Below are positions 11,522 to 24,927 of a DNA stretch of 64,000 bases, one piece after another. The position numbers were made by a program, and so were the translations under genes. Position 1 is the stretch's first letter. Each line of letters opens with the position of its first letter. Source of the DNA: Catajapyx aquilonaris. Taxonomy: Eukaryota. Under the pieces are notes generated by a model. That model ran no database searches and had not been told where the DNA came from. It saw only the letters and a list, made by a program, of their open reading frames with translations. Where the stretch lies: contig JYFJ02001206.1 in the NCBI GenBank assembly GCA_000934665.2, positions 1 to 64,000 of the forward strand, read 5' to 3'.

Positions 11522-14089
11522 ATGACCTGGTTGGCAAGTCGAAACCAGAAGAAGACTGAAGCTGTAGCAATATTGCTGAGTATCAAATGGAGGTTGGTTA
11601 TTATTATTATTATTATTTATTATTAATTATTAATTGAGTATTATTATAATAATTATAGGACAGTGCCCAAGATGACCACCTGGTGGTGGATAATATTTGG
11701 GACGATCATTTTCGGAATTTCGGCTTCCTTTTTCTTTTGGACATTAACCATTGAACCACATGAGTTGACCACTACGTCGTCACATACAGCTACGTCAGCA
11801 CCATTAAGTACAGATGTTGGGTTGCGACAGTTACATGCTACCGGTTGTTGGGATGTGAACTGTCCATCTGAAACTGGGGTTAAATGGTGCTCGTGCACCA
11901 TTATTTGCTGGGGTGTCCATGCCGACAAAGTAAGGAGTTACTTACCTGTCTTTTTAAGCGGCAACCAATTAGAGTTGTCGTGCTCTAATGTGAACATCAC
12001 ATTGCAGTTGACTGCCATTGATTTCGACTACTTCCTTCCTTCCTATTGGCTAGAAAATGTGGCTGGTTGCCGCAAAAAATTTTGTTCCCGGATAGTTCAA
12101 ATTATCCTAAAAAACAGCAGTTTTAATATAGTGAATAGAGCTGCGTTCAGCGGATTGAAACATCTGGATAGTTTAGAAATCAACGGAAATCTAAACCTTA
12201 CTATGATTCAGAACTTTGCATTCAGTGGCCTGAATCAGTTGACCACCTTGCTCTTGAAACATAATGACAATTTAAACGAGTTGCAAATGAATGCTTTTTA
12301 TGGTTTGAAAGAATTGAAGACTTTGCACATAGTCAGTAGTCATCTGATCAGATTGGACAAATACATATTTTTAAGACTCAATCAGTTGACGTCACTATGT
12401 CTATCTGATAACGGACAGTTGACAGTCCTGCCTGTGGGATTGTTTGATCCACTTAAAAATTTACAAACATTAGACCTCCAATCAACCAACGTATCTGCCG
12501 CAGTCTTTCAAACTGCATTTAGTGTTGCCAACCGTAATCTTCTGACATTAGACCTGGAAGTAAGTACTGCTGTTTGTCGTGTGAAGTGGTCTTTTCAAGG
12601 GTGCTTCAAATATTTCTAGGCATGCCCACTGGGACACATAAGACACGAGACGTTTTTGCGTGTCCCGAACGTTGTGCAGCTGTACATGCGACGGAGTCGT
12701 CTAGTGACAATCGATGATGGAACCTTTAGCAGTCTCTCTAACTTGGTAAAACTCGACATAGAGAACATGAATTTGACCAGCCTTTCGAGAGACTCTTTTT
12801 CAGTCAACATGGCTTCCAAGAATAGGTCGCTCATCATAGCCATACGTAAGAAGACATTTTGACAACGAATGCAGGTAATACATAATTTCCATCAATTTCA
12901 GACAACCCTTGGAACTGTTCCTGTGATTTGGAGTGGTTAAGACAGTACCTGGTGGAAATCCACAAAGGAAGCAACATCCCCAGATGCGCAGGACCAGGTG
13001 AGATGCAGGGCAGGCTTTTCAACGAAACTGGCAGTTTTTGCGCCGACTTGTCAACAACAACAACAACAACTTACAAAACCACAAGCAAACCTACAACTAT
13101 AATAATAATAATAATAATAATTTTATTCCCATTTCACCCCTAAGGGTACTTGAGGGAAGACTTCCCTTGATACACATATACATTCACTCATTAATGCTNC
13201 TCCACACACTGTCACTCCACACACTGTCACTCCACATACTGTCACTCCACATACTGTCACTCCACATACTGTCACTCCACATACTGTCACTCCACATACT
13301 GTCACATCACTACCGATAAGCACTTCAGTACTTCCGACCCAAAACCCGAACAACAAGCCCTGCTGCGTTGCGTTTGAAAAGGGAGGCAATTGTCCCCAGA
13401 CAATAATGGCCTCTAACAACAATTGCCAGACTGACAAAAACGGGTCAAGACTATCGTTGTGCTCAAATCACTCGACCATTACAATAGAACTGCCCAGTCA
13501 GCCTCGTCGAGTCATCCTCTTCTCAGATAACGGACATCATTGTTGGACCAACGTGACCAGCAGCATGGTCATCACCCAGCTGAAACCGGGTCAGAGTTAC
13601 ACAGTCTGCGCATCTCCTGAGTCCAACAAGGTGGCCTTTGTTCCAAACGATTGCAAAACAGAACGGACCAGTTTGCACGAGAGTGAACGCCTCTGGTTGA
13701 CTCAAGGGTCGAAAGGGCTGGTGTTCGGCCTGATTCCGGTCATTCTGTTGTCTGGGTTGGTCGTAGGTCTTCTGGTCGTGAGTGGGCTTATGAAGAAACG
13801 GAGAAAGAAGAGGATCAGTCATAAGAGAGTGACGCATTTGGGACTGCCCAGACACTCCATGGCATTTGACAGCTGCTCTGGAATATACGACGACGTCGCA
13901 CCTTACGTGCAAGGCAGACAGTCTATTTGGTCCAACGAAACAGTTTCGGTTCGATCAGAGTTCAGCAGCGATTACATCACTGTGGTGGACTCCATGCCCA
14001 TCCTGCAGGACATTCTCAGAAATATGACGCCGGAAAAGGACAAAGGACAGCCAGTTGTTAAAGTGAACCGCAGTATTTCGATATCGTAG
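11522..14089 (+). CDS. LRR receptor A: N-terminal anchor, LRRs, LRRCT, mucin stalk, FN3-like domain, TM, Tyr-motif tail; last exon interrupted at about 13098-13199 (possible pseudogene or assembly problem)
   Basis: Exons 11522-11592, 11659-12559, 12620-12845 and 12902-14089. NPWNCSCDLEWL LRRCT; LKPGQSYTVC FN3-like strand; TM LVFGLIPVILLSGLVVGLLVV; tail IYDDV...SDYITV. The frame is broken by an (ATA)n-containing insert and an N at 13199. Confidence 0.8.
13200..13305 (+). repeat. Coding 15-bp tandem repeat (PHTVT x7) in the mucin stalk
   Basis: CTCCACAYACTGTCA repeated 7 times; in frame with the downstream ORF at 13406. Confidence 0.85.
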
Positions 14090-14592
14090 AGATGACATTG
14101 TTCCAGTGATTTTTAGAGGACAATACTGAAGTTCACGTGAAGAAAGAAATTCATCCAAATCAGTGAATTTCCAATCAGACCACTATACTGTTAAAATAAT
14201 AAATTCTGAGCAAATGGCTGACTATAATTGTATTTGCAAGTTCAAGGACATACTGTACTTCAGAAAGCTAAAAGTGCATCAACTTCTGCGAATATCTATC
14301 TAAGCAAACCTGATATTTTGACGTAAGTGCCACTCCCTGATTACCTGATTTGCATCAGAGTCCATCATCTCTCAGGCTACTATCTCCCTAAGAATTCTAT
14401 ATGTGATCACAGCTTGTACAGAGAGAAACTCCGACAGAAGATAACAAGCCTTGTGACAGGATGAAAATTGGAAAATTAATCGCCGATATTACATGAGATT
14501 ATGACGTTGTAAAAGTTGTTGACAAAGGATAGGTCGCGAAAGTTCCTCATTTGCATCTGCACCAGGAGTGACTGTGGACATGGTGCTTGGGA

Positions 14593-16921
14593 ATGTCCAA
14601 GTCTCACTATATAAGGATGGACAAGAGGCAGGAAGTCGTGGCAATAGTGCTGAATCTAAAAGTGAGGTATATGTATAGTTATAATTATTTTCCTTAGAAG
14701 TTGTCTGTCTTAGCCTGTCATTCTAACCCATTTGTATGATTTCGTAATTAACAGGCGGTCATCATGTCAGTCACCACACTGCTGCTGGCTCATACTTGCT
14801 TCTGTAGCCTTGATAACAATGGCCGTGACTTTTGCGTGGATATTCTACATAAGCACTGAGACAAGGTCAGGTCACCATGAGGATGTTGACCTGCCTCTCA
14901 AGCGACCAGTCAGCATGGGCTCACCTTCCTTCACATGCGAACAGCCGGAATGCCAGACTGATCGAGTCAACTTCACTGATTCATGCTTGTGGAATATCCG
15001 TTGCTGTGGAATTGGTCACGAGAGAGTCATACATGACCTTAAAACTATACTAAGCGGAAATGACCCTAACGTGACTTCCACTGCGAAGGAATTCAATTGC
15101 ACCAGGCTAAGTTTTACGCTAGCCTTGGTGTCAATCACATTCAATTCCACTGTTCAGTCACACTGGTTGGACGGTTTGACCGTTTGTAACAACACCCTGT
15201 GCTTCACAGTTACTGACCTTACCCTGGACTACAGCTCATTTGTTGACATAGATTCGTATGCTTTCACTGGATTAAACGAATTGTTGAATTTGCGACTGCG
15301 ATACAACCCAAACTTTGTGGATGTTAAAGAATATGCATTTGCCGGATTGCGACATCTTTCGTATTTGACCATGTCGAACAATCCAAGACTGACACGTTTG
15401 GCTGCAAAAGTATTTGATCCGCTTCAAAATCTGACAACGCTAGATATTCAAGCCACCAATATCACCGTAGAGGGATTTGAAGCAGCGTTTAGCAACATCA
15501 ACCGCAATGTGTCTACAGTAACCTTAAACGTAAGTCAGCAAGTCACAAATGCAAAATGATATGAGTCACGTCATTGGTCAAAATTAATTCCGGACGTACT
15601 CTTTTACACTCTTCAAAATTCATTCATATAGGCCTAATCGTAACCATTCTACTGTAACCTTTACCATTTTCGATCGTAATGCGAGTTATTTCGCATTAAA
15701 AAACTAAGTAGACTACTATCTAATTGTTTCAGAAAACTCCTCTCCGACGAATCAAGAAAACTACATTTCGGAACACTCCTAACCTGCAGGAGTTGTATGT
15801 GCCGAGCTGTGACATTGCAGAAATAGAAGAAGGAGCGTTTGGCATGCTGCACCGTCCTGGTACTGTTGAGATAAGCAACAACTCTCTGACCAGTCTTTCT
15901 CCAAGAGTGTTTCCAAAATATTTAGACAGCACTGGTCTACTCATACTGGCCACAGGTACGTTATGTTGAGAATCACTTTTAAGCGTGCACACCACGTGAA
16001 GCCATGTGATTTTTGATTCCAGAAAACCCTTGGAACTGCATCTGCGATTTGGATTGGCTCAGAAGGTACATTGTTGACGTTAAGGGAACAAACTTTCCAA
16101 CATGCGCTGGACCAGGTGATTTGAAAAACGTGGCATTTAACGAGACGGTCAGTTTTTGCATCAACTTCACAAGCACATCACGTCCATGGACATCCACATC
16201 CACAGCATCTACAACCCTAAACCCCAACAAAGAAACCTGCTACACTCCTTTCACTTCAGAGGGCCGGTATCCCACTACCAATGGTGAAACTTGCTACTTA
16301 CCGACCCATCCCGACTCCAACTGGACCGCATGCTCTTCACTCACATCAGTCACCATCATAATGTCTCCAGGGTGTCAGCCACACCAGATCGTCTTGTTCG
16401 ACGACACTGGGTATCACTGCTGGGAGAACGTGAATCACAGCATGGTCATCCACACTCTGTCTTCTGGTCACACCTACACTGTCTGCGCGTCACCTGCACA
16501 CGGACACCTGACCTTCTCTCCAAGAGACTGCCAGACTCAGAAGACACACCTGGCTGACTCTGACAAGCCGTGGCTAACTCAGGGGTCGAAGGGACTGGTG
16601 TTTAGCCTCATCCCGGTCGTCCTGGCGGCAGGTTTGGTCACAGGGCTCTTGTCCGTCAAGGGACTCAGGTTGCAGAAGACGAGGCACTCCACAGCTCACA
16701 AACGGATGCGGAGCTCCAACGCGATCATTCCTGCAGACATTTCATCGGTAAAGTATGACGATGTCTTACCATGTGTGCCAAGAAGGCAGCCAAACTGGTC
16801 GACCGAAACTGTGTCAGTTCCTACAGATGTCAGCAGTGATTACATCACGATTGTGGACTCCACGCCCATACTGCAGGACATCCTCAGGAAAGTAACTGAT
16901 CAAAATTACTTGACATACTAG
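14593..16921 (+). CDS. LRR receptor B (paralog of A; very short stalk)
   Basis: Exons 14593-14666, 14755-15529, 15733-15955 and 16023-16921 splice in frame. Same intron positions and the same WLTQGSKGLVF-TM and KYDDV...SDYITI tail. The start codon could alternatively be 14617. Confidence 0.85.
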
Positions 16922-17898
16922 TAGTGTGTGTGACATCTAGGTTAGACATCCGACTTATCCATATGTAACACGCAATTAGAATAAAATTTACTGTAATAAC
17001 CTCGTATAATTATGATTAGTGTATATAGATGAACAAGCCTGTAATAGAGCTAGAGCTTGTGGTGGGTGCACCTTCGGTGCCCGCGGTAAGGGTACCCGTA
17101 GCGACTTGAGGCAAAAATGATGAGAAAGGGCATTTGACTGTTTACCCAGATAAATGAAATTAATTAATTTAAAATTATTTGCTTAAAATTACAATTAGCG
17201 TGGTTAGAATAGTTCGCGGTAGTAACTGTACAGGAGCGCCACCTGGCAGCGTGTGGAGCACCCTCTATCGGAAGGTGGTGGAATGGGTGTGGGGAGGCGG
17301 CTAAGCAGGGATAGGGCCCAGAGAGATGCAAACACGATGCAGTAGTAGGTGAAATATGATGGAGAATGCTTTGTCAGAATTGTGTGACATTTATTCATTC
17401 CGATCATTAACAAATTGTGATGCAATTTCATCTCATAACCTGAAGTCCAGTCAGCCATATTTGACAATGTCAAGATCACTACATACTCCATTTTCTCTAA
17501 CTGTAAGAATAAGGCATTTAGATCAACTTGACTTAAACGAACCCTGATGAGATTACCCTATTTTGCATAAGATTTTATCTCACACCCAACAGCTACTATC
17601 TCATTCCCAAGCCATATGTGATCGGTGTCTCTTTTCCCCCTTCGATTGATGTCGGGCTTGCAGATTGGACAGACCAACTGACTGATAACACCTTGACATG
17701 CTGACAGGTGGAAGATCAATCCTGAGTATCTCCTGTGGGGATTAACGGGATGTGACGTTTTCAGCTCACACTACTGACTTACGTAACCTCTATATTTTGC
17801 CTGGAAAAACCAGTCAAAGACTTTTACTTCCTTGTGATCAATGGGACGGGTTAGGATATGGGTTAATAGATAGTGCCGGTGACCGGTGTGGTGCAGCC

Positions 17899-20800
17899 AT
17901 GACCTGGCTGGCCAGACATCATGGAAGGGAGGTCAAGGACAAGAGAAGGGTGGCGATTGAACTAGTTCTGGGCTTAAAATGGAGGTGAGTCATATGGACT
18001 AGTCAAGTTCTTGATTATAGAATTTACTGAATATTTCTTGAATGACAATTTTAATTTTCTGTCGAGAGTAAAACACGGATTTATACAAATAAAGTTGTTT
18101 ATCCTAATCTAGAGTTTGTGACTAGTTGATTCTTTCTGATTCAGAGATACCCCAGAGAAGCCTTGGGGATTGCGCCTGGCTGTTGCAACGTTGATGATGA
18201 TTCTGGTGTTGTTGATCTTAATGGCTCTGTATGGTGGCTTCGGATTAGATCTACACGATAGCACTAATGTAACAACTGTAATTACGACTACTGGTCAGGC
18301 TGTAGAATTTGTTGAGGGTTGTTACAAAGCAATATGCAAACCTCCAAAATTTAAATTCGGAGCAGATAAATGCGCATATACAATGAGTTGTTCTAAAATG
18401 AACAGTGATAAAATAGTTAGTGACGTGTGGTTTTATCTGAATGGTAATGACACCCAATTTAATGATGATGTTAGAAACCGCTGCATGGCCTCTAATATAT
18501 CACTTTCACTAGAACTTGATCATATTGTATTGCCCGATGTGATTCCTGCAAGTTGGCTGAACGGCGTAGAGGGTTGTGGTAAAAGGTTTTGTGCCATTGT
18601 CGAATACCTCACTCTTACTAGCAGTACGTTTCACACAATTGAGCCTTACGCATTCAGTAATTTGAGTATGTTGACCTTACTCCACGTAGAGGGCAATATT
18701 AAATTGTCTTTAGTGAAAGAGTATGCGTTCGTCGGATTGGAACAATTGATAGATTTGTCTCTGTCAAATAACCCCATTTTGACGCATTTAGATGAGAATG
18801 TTTTTGATAACCTCACATACTTAGACACATTGGATATTCGAGCCACTAACATTACTCTCGATGTTTTCAAAAGAACCATGAGTTCCCCAAGCCAGCTCAC
18901 GTCACTAACACTGAGCGTAAGTGATTCTTATGTCTGACACATTTAAGTTTGGAATGACTTCATCATTGTTGTCCTTTATAATCAAATCACTAGTACTACA
19001 ATGATTAATATCATCCAGCACTTTAAAAATCTGACTAGATTCATTTTAAAATGTGTAAATTTTCTAATAAGTTGTGATTTTCTCTCTCCAGCATTGTCCT
19101 TTGGAATACGTTCGGAATGATTCATTTTTAAATGTGCCTTTCATAAACTTGCTGTACATGGAAAATAGCCATATTACAGCAATAGAAGATGGAGCTTTGA
19201 CTGGTGTTGGTGTCCTGCAAGCAGTCGATCTGGCCCATAACAACCTGGTCACCCTTTCTAGAAATGTGTTTCCAATAATGACTGATGAACCCGGGCTTAT
19301 TATTGCCTTTGGTAATATGCCTAAAACCACTTTATCACATTTTTGTAATGCCTTTCTTACCCTTCCAAATTATTTCAGAAAACCCGTGGAATTGTACATG
19401 CGATTTAGAGTGGCTCAGAAATAGAATTGTGAAAAATATCGTCAAGGGCATGTCACTTCCCCGATGTTCAGCACCACATCATCTTTATGGCAAGGCCTTC
19501 AATGAGACAGGAAGTTTTTGCGACAATCATACAAGCACTCTTTCGCCATGGACGACTTCTGATTCTGACGTGACTACTAAGATACCCACTGAATATCCGA
19601 CAGATGAACCTACAGGCCCACCAACGAAAACAAGCCATGGAACGAGGCCATCTTACACTACATCTTGGACCACTAGTTCCACCACTAGCAGACCTTCCAG
19701 CCATATTCCGCTTCACACTACCACTTCTGCAACAACACTTTCGACTACTACAACTACAAGTCCAACTGCCACATATCCATCTACTACACAGCCATCTACC
19801 ACACAGCCATCCACAACAAGTAGTCCAACCACCCCACATCCATCACCAACGACCACGACACATTCATTTACAACAAATCCGACTCATCAAATCACATCTC
19901 CAGCTCCCACGAGCCATTCCACTACAGTGAGCTCAACACCTCTAAATTCACCCACCTCAAGTTCCACTTCTTCACACTCAAAGACAACAAGTCCCACCCC
20001 TTCTCCAACAACTGCTAGTCCCACAACGACAATTCCAACTACCACTTTTAAAACTACAACAATATCCTCTTCCACCAATTCTGATAGTACTAACCCTTCA
20101 ACAACAACTTCACAATCCACAACCTCATCAGGGTCCTCCTCCACAGCAGCACCCACAGATTCGCCTCACTCTACCAGCACTTTGACACCATTCACGTCCA
20201 CTCCAACCGACATGACAACCCACAGCCCGGTCGACAAACATTGTTGCAACGCCTACACAGGGCTAGGAAACTGCCCCTATCAAACAAGCAAAGACACCAG
20301 CAATAGCTGCCATCCAAACAAGTCCTCCAACACGACACTGTGTTACTTCCACTCCAACATCACAATATCATTTCTCAAGAGGAACATACCCCATCACATT
20401 ATGCTATACACCTACAATGGACAACGACACTGCTGGAAAAACGTGACCAATAACATTGTCATCCAGCAACTTCCTCCAGGCAAGAGCTTCACAGTTTGTG
20501 TGTCTCCTCAGTCCGGCCTCCTTACGTTCTCGCCCAATGATTGCACGATGAAAACAACAACTCTGAAACATAATGAAGAACCATGGCTGAGTCAAGGCAA
20601 CAAGGGACTAGTGTTTGGTCTCATTCCGGCGGTACTTGTGGTAGGGCTGATATCTGGAATTTTGATCGTCAGAGGACTAGGGAAGAGACCAAGAACGCGC
20701 CACATACGATCTGGAAAGCTGGCAATCTTCAGGAGAACCACCATATACCCAGAGGACAACGCGTCTGTGATATACGACGACGTATTGCCCTTCTTCCCTT

Positions 20801-20979
20801 CCAGACCATCAGTTTCGTCCAACGAAACCGTATCTGTTCGGTCAGAGGTCAGCAGTGATTACATTACAGTCCTGGATGCCGGGCCCATAGTACAGGACCT
20901 CTTGAAGAGCCTAGCATCACATGAATATTCTGGACACAAGAGTCCGGTGAAAATGACCCGTAGCATTTCGATATCATAA
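17899..20979 (+). CDS. LRR receptor C (paralog of A/B; ~240-aa Ser/Thr/Pro mucin stalk)
   Basis: Exons 17899-17984, 18145-18916, 19092-19311 and 19379-20979 splice in frame. First exon MTW...KWR matches receptor A. Tail VIYDDV...SDYITV...RSISIS. Confidence 0.88.
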
Positions 20980-21936
20980 GTGGATAATGCTAAGCCTTCC
21001 TGCAGATGCGATTTGGCTCTTATCATACTATCGCACCTGGCATTTGGCTCAGTAACACAGGGAGTGGTGGAAGTGTATCGCACATGTCCACATATGTCCG
21101 ACATATCCATTTCGTACATTCGCACAACGAATGAAGACAGTATCACTCTAGATCAGGTACGATTGACAAAGTCTTTCAATATGTCCATTACCATTATTGT
21201 TAGTTGGGCATTATTTATCTCGTAAGGTGCTACATAATGTGTACGTGCTCTTTAAATGATCTGACCGATAACTCTGCAAATTTATAATGATCAAAAGTGT
21301 TAGTTTCAGCATGGGATCGAGAACTGTCCTTGTGGTCACTGCGATGGAAGTCCTCGTGATGTCCTCGTTCAGCAAAAAGACTATTGGCCTCGATGGAAAC
21401 TAATACTTCTCCTTCTAATGATCGGATCGCTGACAATTTGGGCCATAGTGTATGGAATTGTGAAGCCACACTAACTCCTCTCTTGTAAAATATATAGACC
21501 TGTAGAAAAGTGACAATAAATGTGTTTGAGTTTATATTTATATTATATAATCAGGTGACACGTTCAGCCACGGTTGTTTGGTGCTTGTTGTGAGTGATAT
21601 GCTTAACTCCCGAGTGATGTGATCAATCTTAAACTAATCCCGTTGACATGTTTATCTTGACACCCTCACGCTTTGTCATATCGAGTTGCAAAATATTGTT
21701 TACTCACTGATTCATCGAATGCCTTTCTGTTCATAAGGACATCGTAACACAAGAATTCGAACTGTATTGGTTACTATCAATTGGAGCATTATGTAGCGTA
21801 CAAGTACAGGTGTGTCAGTTGTTGATAACATGAAGTTCAAATAACTACTGGTGAAGTGGGGTGAATGCGACTGTTATCTGGACGGATATTTCTTGCACCG
21901 ATATGTGTTAATGGCATTTGCTTCATCCTCAATGAC

Positions 21937-22358
21937 AGGGACACTCCACTCAAAAAACAAGTTTGGCTCTAAAAATCGGGCAAAAAATCCTGAATCCGAC
22001 GGTGCAATTCATTTTTCGCTACGCGGAACGGTAATCCCAGGGCGAGGTGTCAAAGTGTGTCGTCTGCTAATGAGCGGCGCCGCGCGCTGCCACGCGGGAA
22101 ACAGGGGAACTGGAGGGCTGCACCGCTCTGGGATGGGCCTAAGCGCGCGGGCAGGCGGGAGCAGCCCTCCAGTTCCCAAGGTCCCGAGGGCGTCGCTGGC
22201 GGACGGCCAGCTTCTAGCTCACTATTTGAATTTCCCCATTTTGACCCCTCGCCCTGGGATTACCGTTCCGCGTAGCGAAAAACGGATTGCACCTTCGGAT
22301 TCAGAATGTTTTGCCCGATTTTTAGAGCCAAACTTGTTTTTTAAAGTGGAGTGTCCCT
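21937..22358. mobile_element. MITE with ~118-bp TIRs, Kolobok-like ends
   Basis: AGGGACACTCCACT...GTCAAA (21937-22054) is mirrored by TTTGACC...AGTGGAGTGTCCCT (about 22240-22358), followed by TTAA. An inner IR GGGAACTGGAGGGCTGC/GCAGCCCTCCAGTTCCC is present. The left target site is degenerate. Confidence 0.8.
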
Positions 22359-23219
22359 TTAAATAGTTTCCACTGTAGTGTATTAGTTTATCAGATTTTT
22401 CACATTTGCATAATCCTAAAATAGAATCAACATCATGATTCGATCCATCTACTGTATGACGTAACATTTTCAATCAAGGTGTCTCATATGTTTTTATCTG
22501 AACCGAGGCAATAATCTCCAGACTGATATCTCCCAGGGGAATGACTTTTGACCTTGTCGGGGGATGGGTATTTTGGGGCCTCACATACGGAAGCAGGAGG
22601 TAATGTCATTTGGCCGTTGGATTCACGATGAATGGCCCATTTCACCATGACCTTTGTCCACCTACTCCATGTTGTGGAAGGATTCAAGAGGAAATGCACC
22701 CATTTTTTGCTAGCCACTGTGTACTACAAGAAACCACAGCTGGGATTGATAATAAAGTTCTATTTAAACGAGAAAAATTTCGTGAGTAATGTCAGATTAT
22801 CCATAGGAAGTCCTGAAAAGTTGGACGCAAAAGTAAATCAGTCATAAATCGTACAAAATAAATGTGTGATTAGCTGTATGTTTCGTGGTTTTAAAAATTG
22901 TTTCTGGTTTTAATATTAATTGTCTTTTCTGAACAGTACAAAATACAATCAGAACTTGATAATAGAAAAATCAGAATTTCCCCCAAAAACGGGGGTTTCC
23001 CGCTTTTTATTAGTCACCAAATCAGACAAACAAGAGAGGCTGCTCGGGAGAGGGTCACGATCAGTACCATGGAAACCGTAGCAGGAAATGCGGCGTGGAA
23101 AGGCGTCAACGAGGCTTCACTTGTAGGAAGAATCAACAGGAAATCTAAACATATGTAATCTCTGTGGTTCTTTCCCGAAGGAAACATTCCTTTAGCCCAC
23201 TGCAATTCACCACGACAAG

Positions 23220-24927
23220 ATGTTGCTACCCATTGTTTGTCTCCTTTTGCTCGTTACAACTCTAACAACAGGTAAGTGCAATCAATTGTAAGTGTGTTCA
23301 AAAACGTGTCCTGGCAGTATTGTCCGAAACATTTTTGGACACCACTTACCGGTTGAATTTTACAGGTGAATTACCTTGCATAAACAGCAGCACATGTGAT
23401 GACCTGCACTTGTTTCTGGCCAGAAGTTTTAGTATTTTGCATATGAATGGCTGCGGAAAGGTGATATCAGGTTCTCTGACTAGAAACGTCAATGCTGCTT
23501 CTCTGGACTATGACAAAGACAGCCTTACCTTATATTGGGCTCAATCCAGCTCTTTAGCCACGCCTCAGATATGCAGGTGAGTCTGAAGCAAATGTATTGT
23601 TGCCCATTGTTATACAAGTATTGTTTGTACCAGAAAAAATCTGAGCCGGAGAGGAAGGAACCCAACCTGCATCATACGAGAGGAAGACCAGACAATACCA
23701 GTCCAGATAGCCATCGATTGGGCTCATGACCTCCTCTATTGGATGACCTCTGACCCGTCCGGACATAACGACATACGGGTGTCCACGAAGGACGGAGACC
23801 ACATCACAACTGTCGTATCGGGACTGACAAACGCGAAGGGAATGACCCTTGACCCCATCGGAGGCTGGATCTTCTGGAGCTCACAGGGCCACGTATACAG
23901 GGCAGGTGGAGATGGAAGCCAGGCCAGAATAATCCAGACCTTCCTGACCCGAGGCATGATCTCCACCGACACCCTGACCTTCGACCTCCAGACGCGCAGG
24001 CTCCTCTGGGCAGAGGAAGGCATCAACGTCTTTTTCTCATGCCTACCAGACGGAACAGGATTGGTCAGACATGTGGCATCAGGTTCAACCATACCTTCCA
24101 TTGTTTCCATGAACAGCTATGGAGGAACCGTGTACTATTTGTCACAAAATAACCTGTACAGGTTGTGCACAAGTACTGGTCAGACTGAGGAAATCGCTGA
24201 ATTGTCAGAGGTATGTTGGACATCTGTTTTTATCATCACACTTAGCCATTTATTATTTCCAGATCGCAACTTCTCTCCGTGTTTACGACAAGAAGAGAAT
24301 ACGCAAACCGGACATGACGTCATGCCACAGCGATTGCGACTATTTGTGTCTTCCCCACCCCCAAGATGGCGCTTCTTACTCTATATGCCGTTGCCCAAAT
24401 GACGCGCAAAATGGTACAAGCTGTGAATATGGTAGGTACAACATAGCTATAGAAACAGCGACAATTCTAACACATGGCCCAGTTGCAGCTACCGAAGTCG
24501 CAAAAATCAGTGCACCGGAACTTCCTGTAGCAGCAATCGCAGGCATTGTCTTGGGTGTGCTTCTCATTGTGTTTGTCACATCAGTGGTATGTACTGATAT
24601 CCATTATGCAGGAGCATCTCACTAACCGGTACTTTCTTGCAGATTGTAGCTTGCATTGTTCGTAGAAGGAGGATTGATGAACGTCAAGAACCGAAAGTAC
24701 CACTGTTCACAGTGGGGTACCACCGTGATCCTCCTCGCTCCAGTGAAGTCCCACCATTGCCAGAACGTAATCAAGTCAACATACCCAACACGCAACAGTG
24801 TCAAGTGCAGGAAGAAGCGGACGACGACCACATCTACATGGAGATGGAGATGGACAAGTGTCCACAGCAGTGTGAGGAGGACCCATACTTGCGTCCCAGG
24901 AAGAAAGAAAATCCTTACGTTGTTTGA
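23220..24927 (+). CDS. Type-I receptor P1: signal peptide, LDLR class B (YWTD) beta-propeller, EGF, TM, Tyr/Pro-rich tail (cueball/LRP-like module)
   Basis: Exons 23220-23271, 23366-23576, 23634-24210, about 24263-24431, about 24483-24586 and 24643-24927. AIDWAHDLLYW and LDPIGGWIFWS repeats; EGF CDYLCLP...CRCP...C; TM IAGIVLGVLLIVFVTSVIVACIV; tail HIYMEM, PPLPER, NPYVV. Confidence 0.85.

Noticed and set aside
11522..20979. Toll-like receptors
   Set aside because: The tails are about 90-100 aa with no TIR boxes.
20980..21470. Short ORFs on both strands after LRR receptor C
   Set aside because: No recognisable domain; consistent with 3' UTR (AATAAA at 21516).
21851..22473. 171-aa ORF and its antisense counterparts
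   Set aside because: Artefact of the MITE's inverted repeats.
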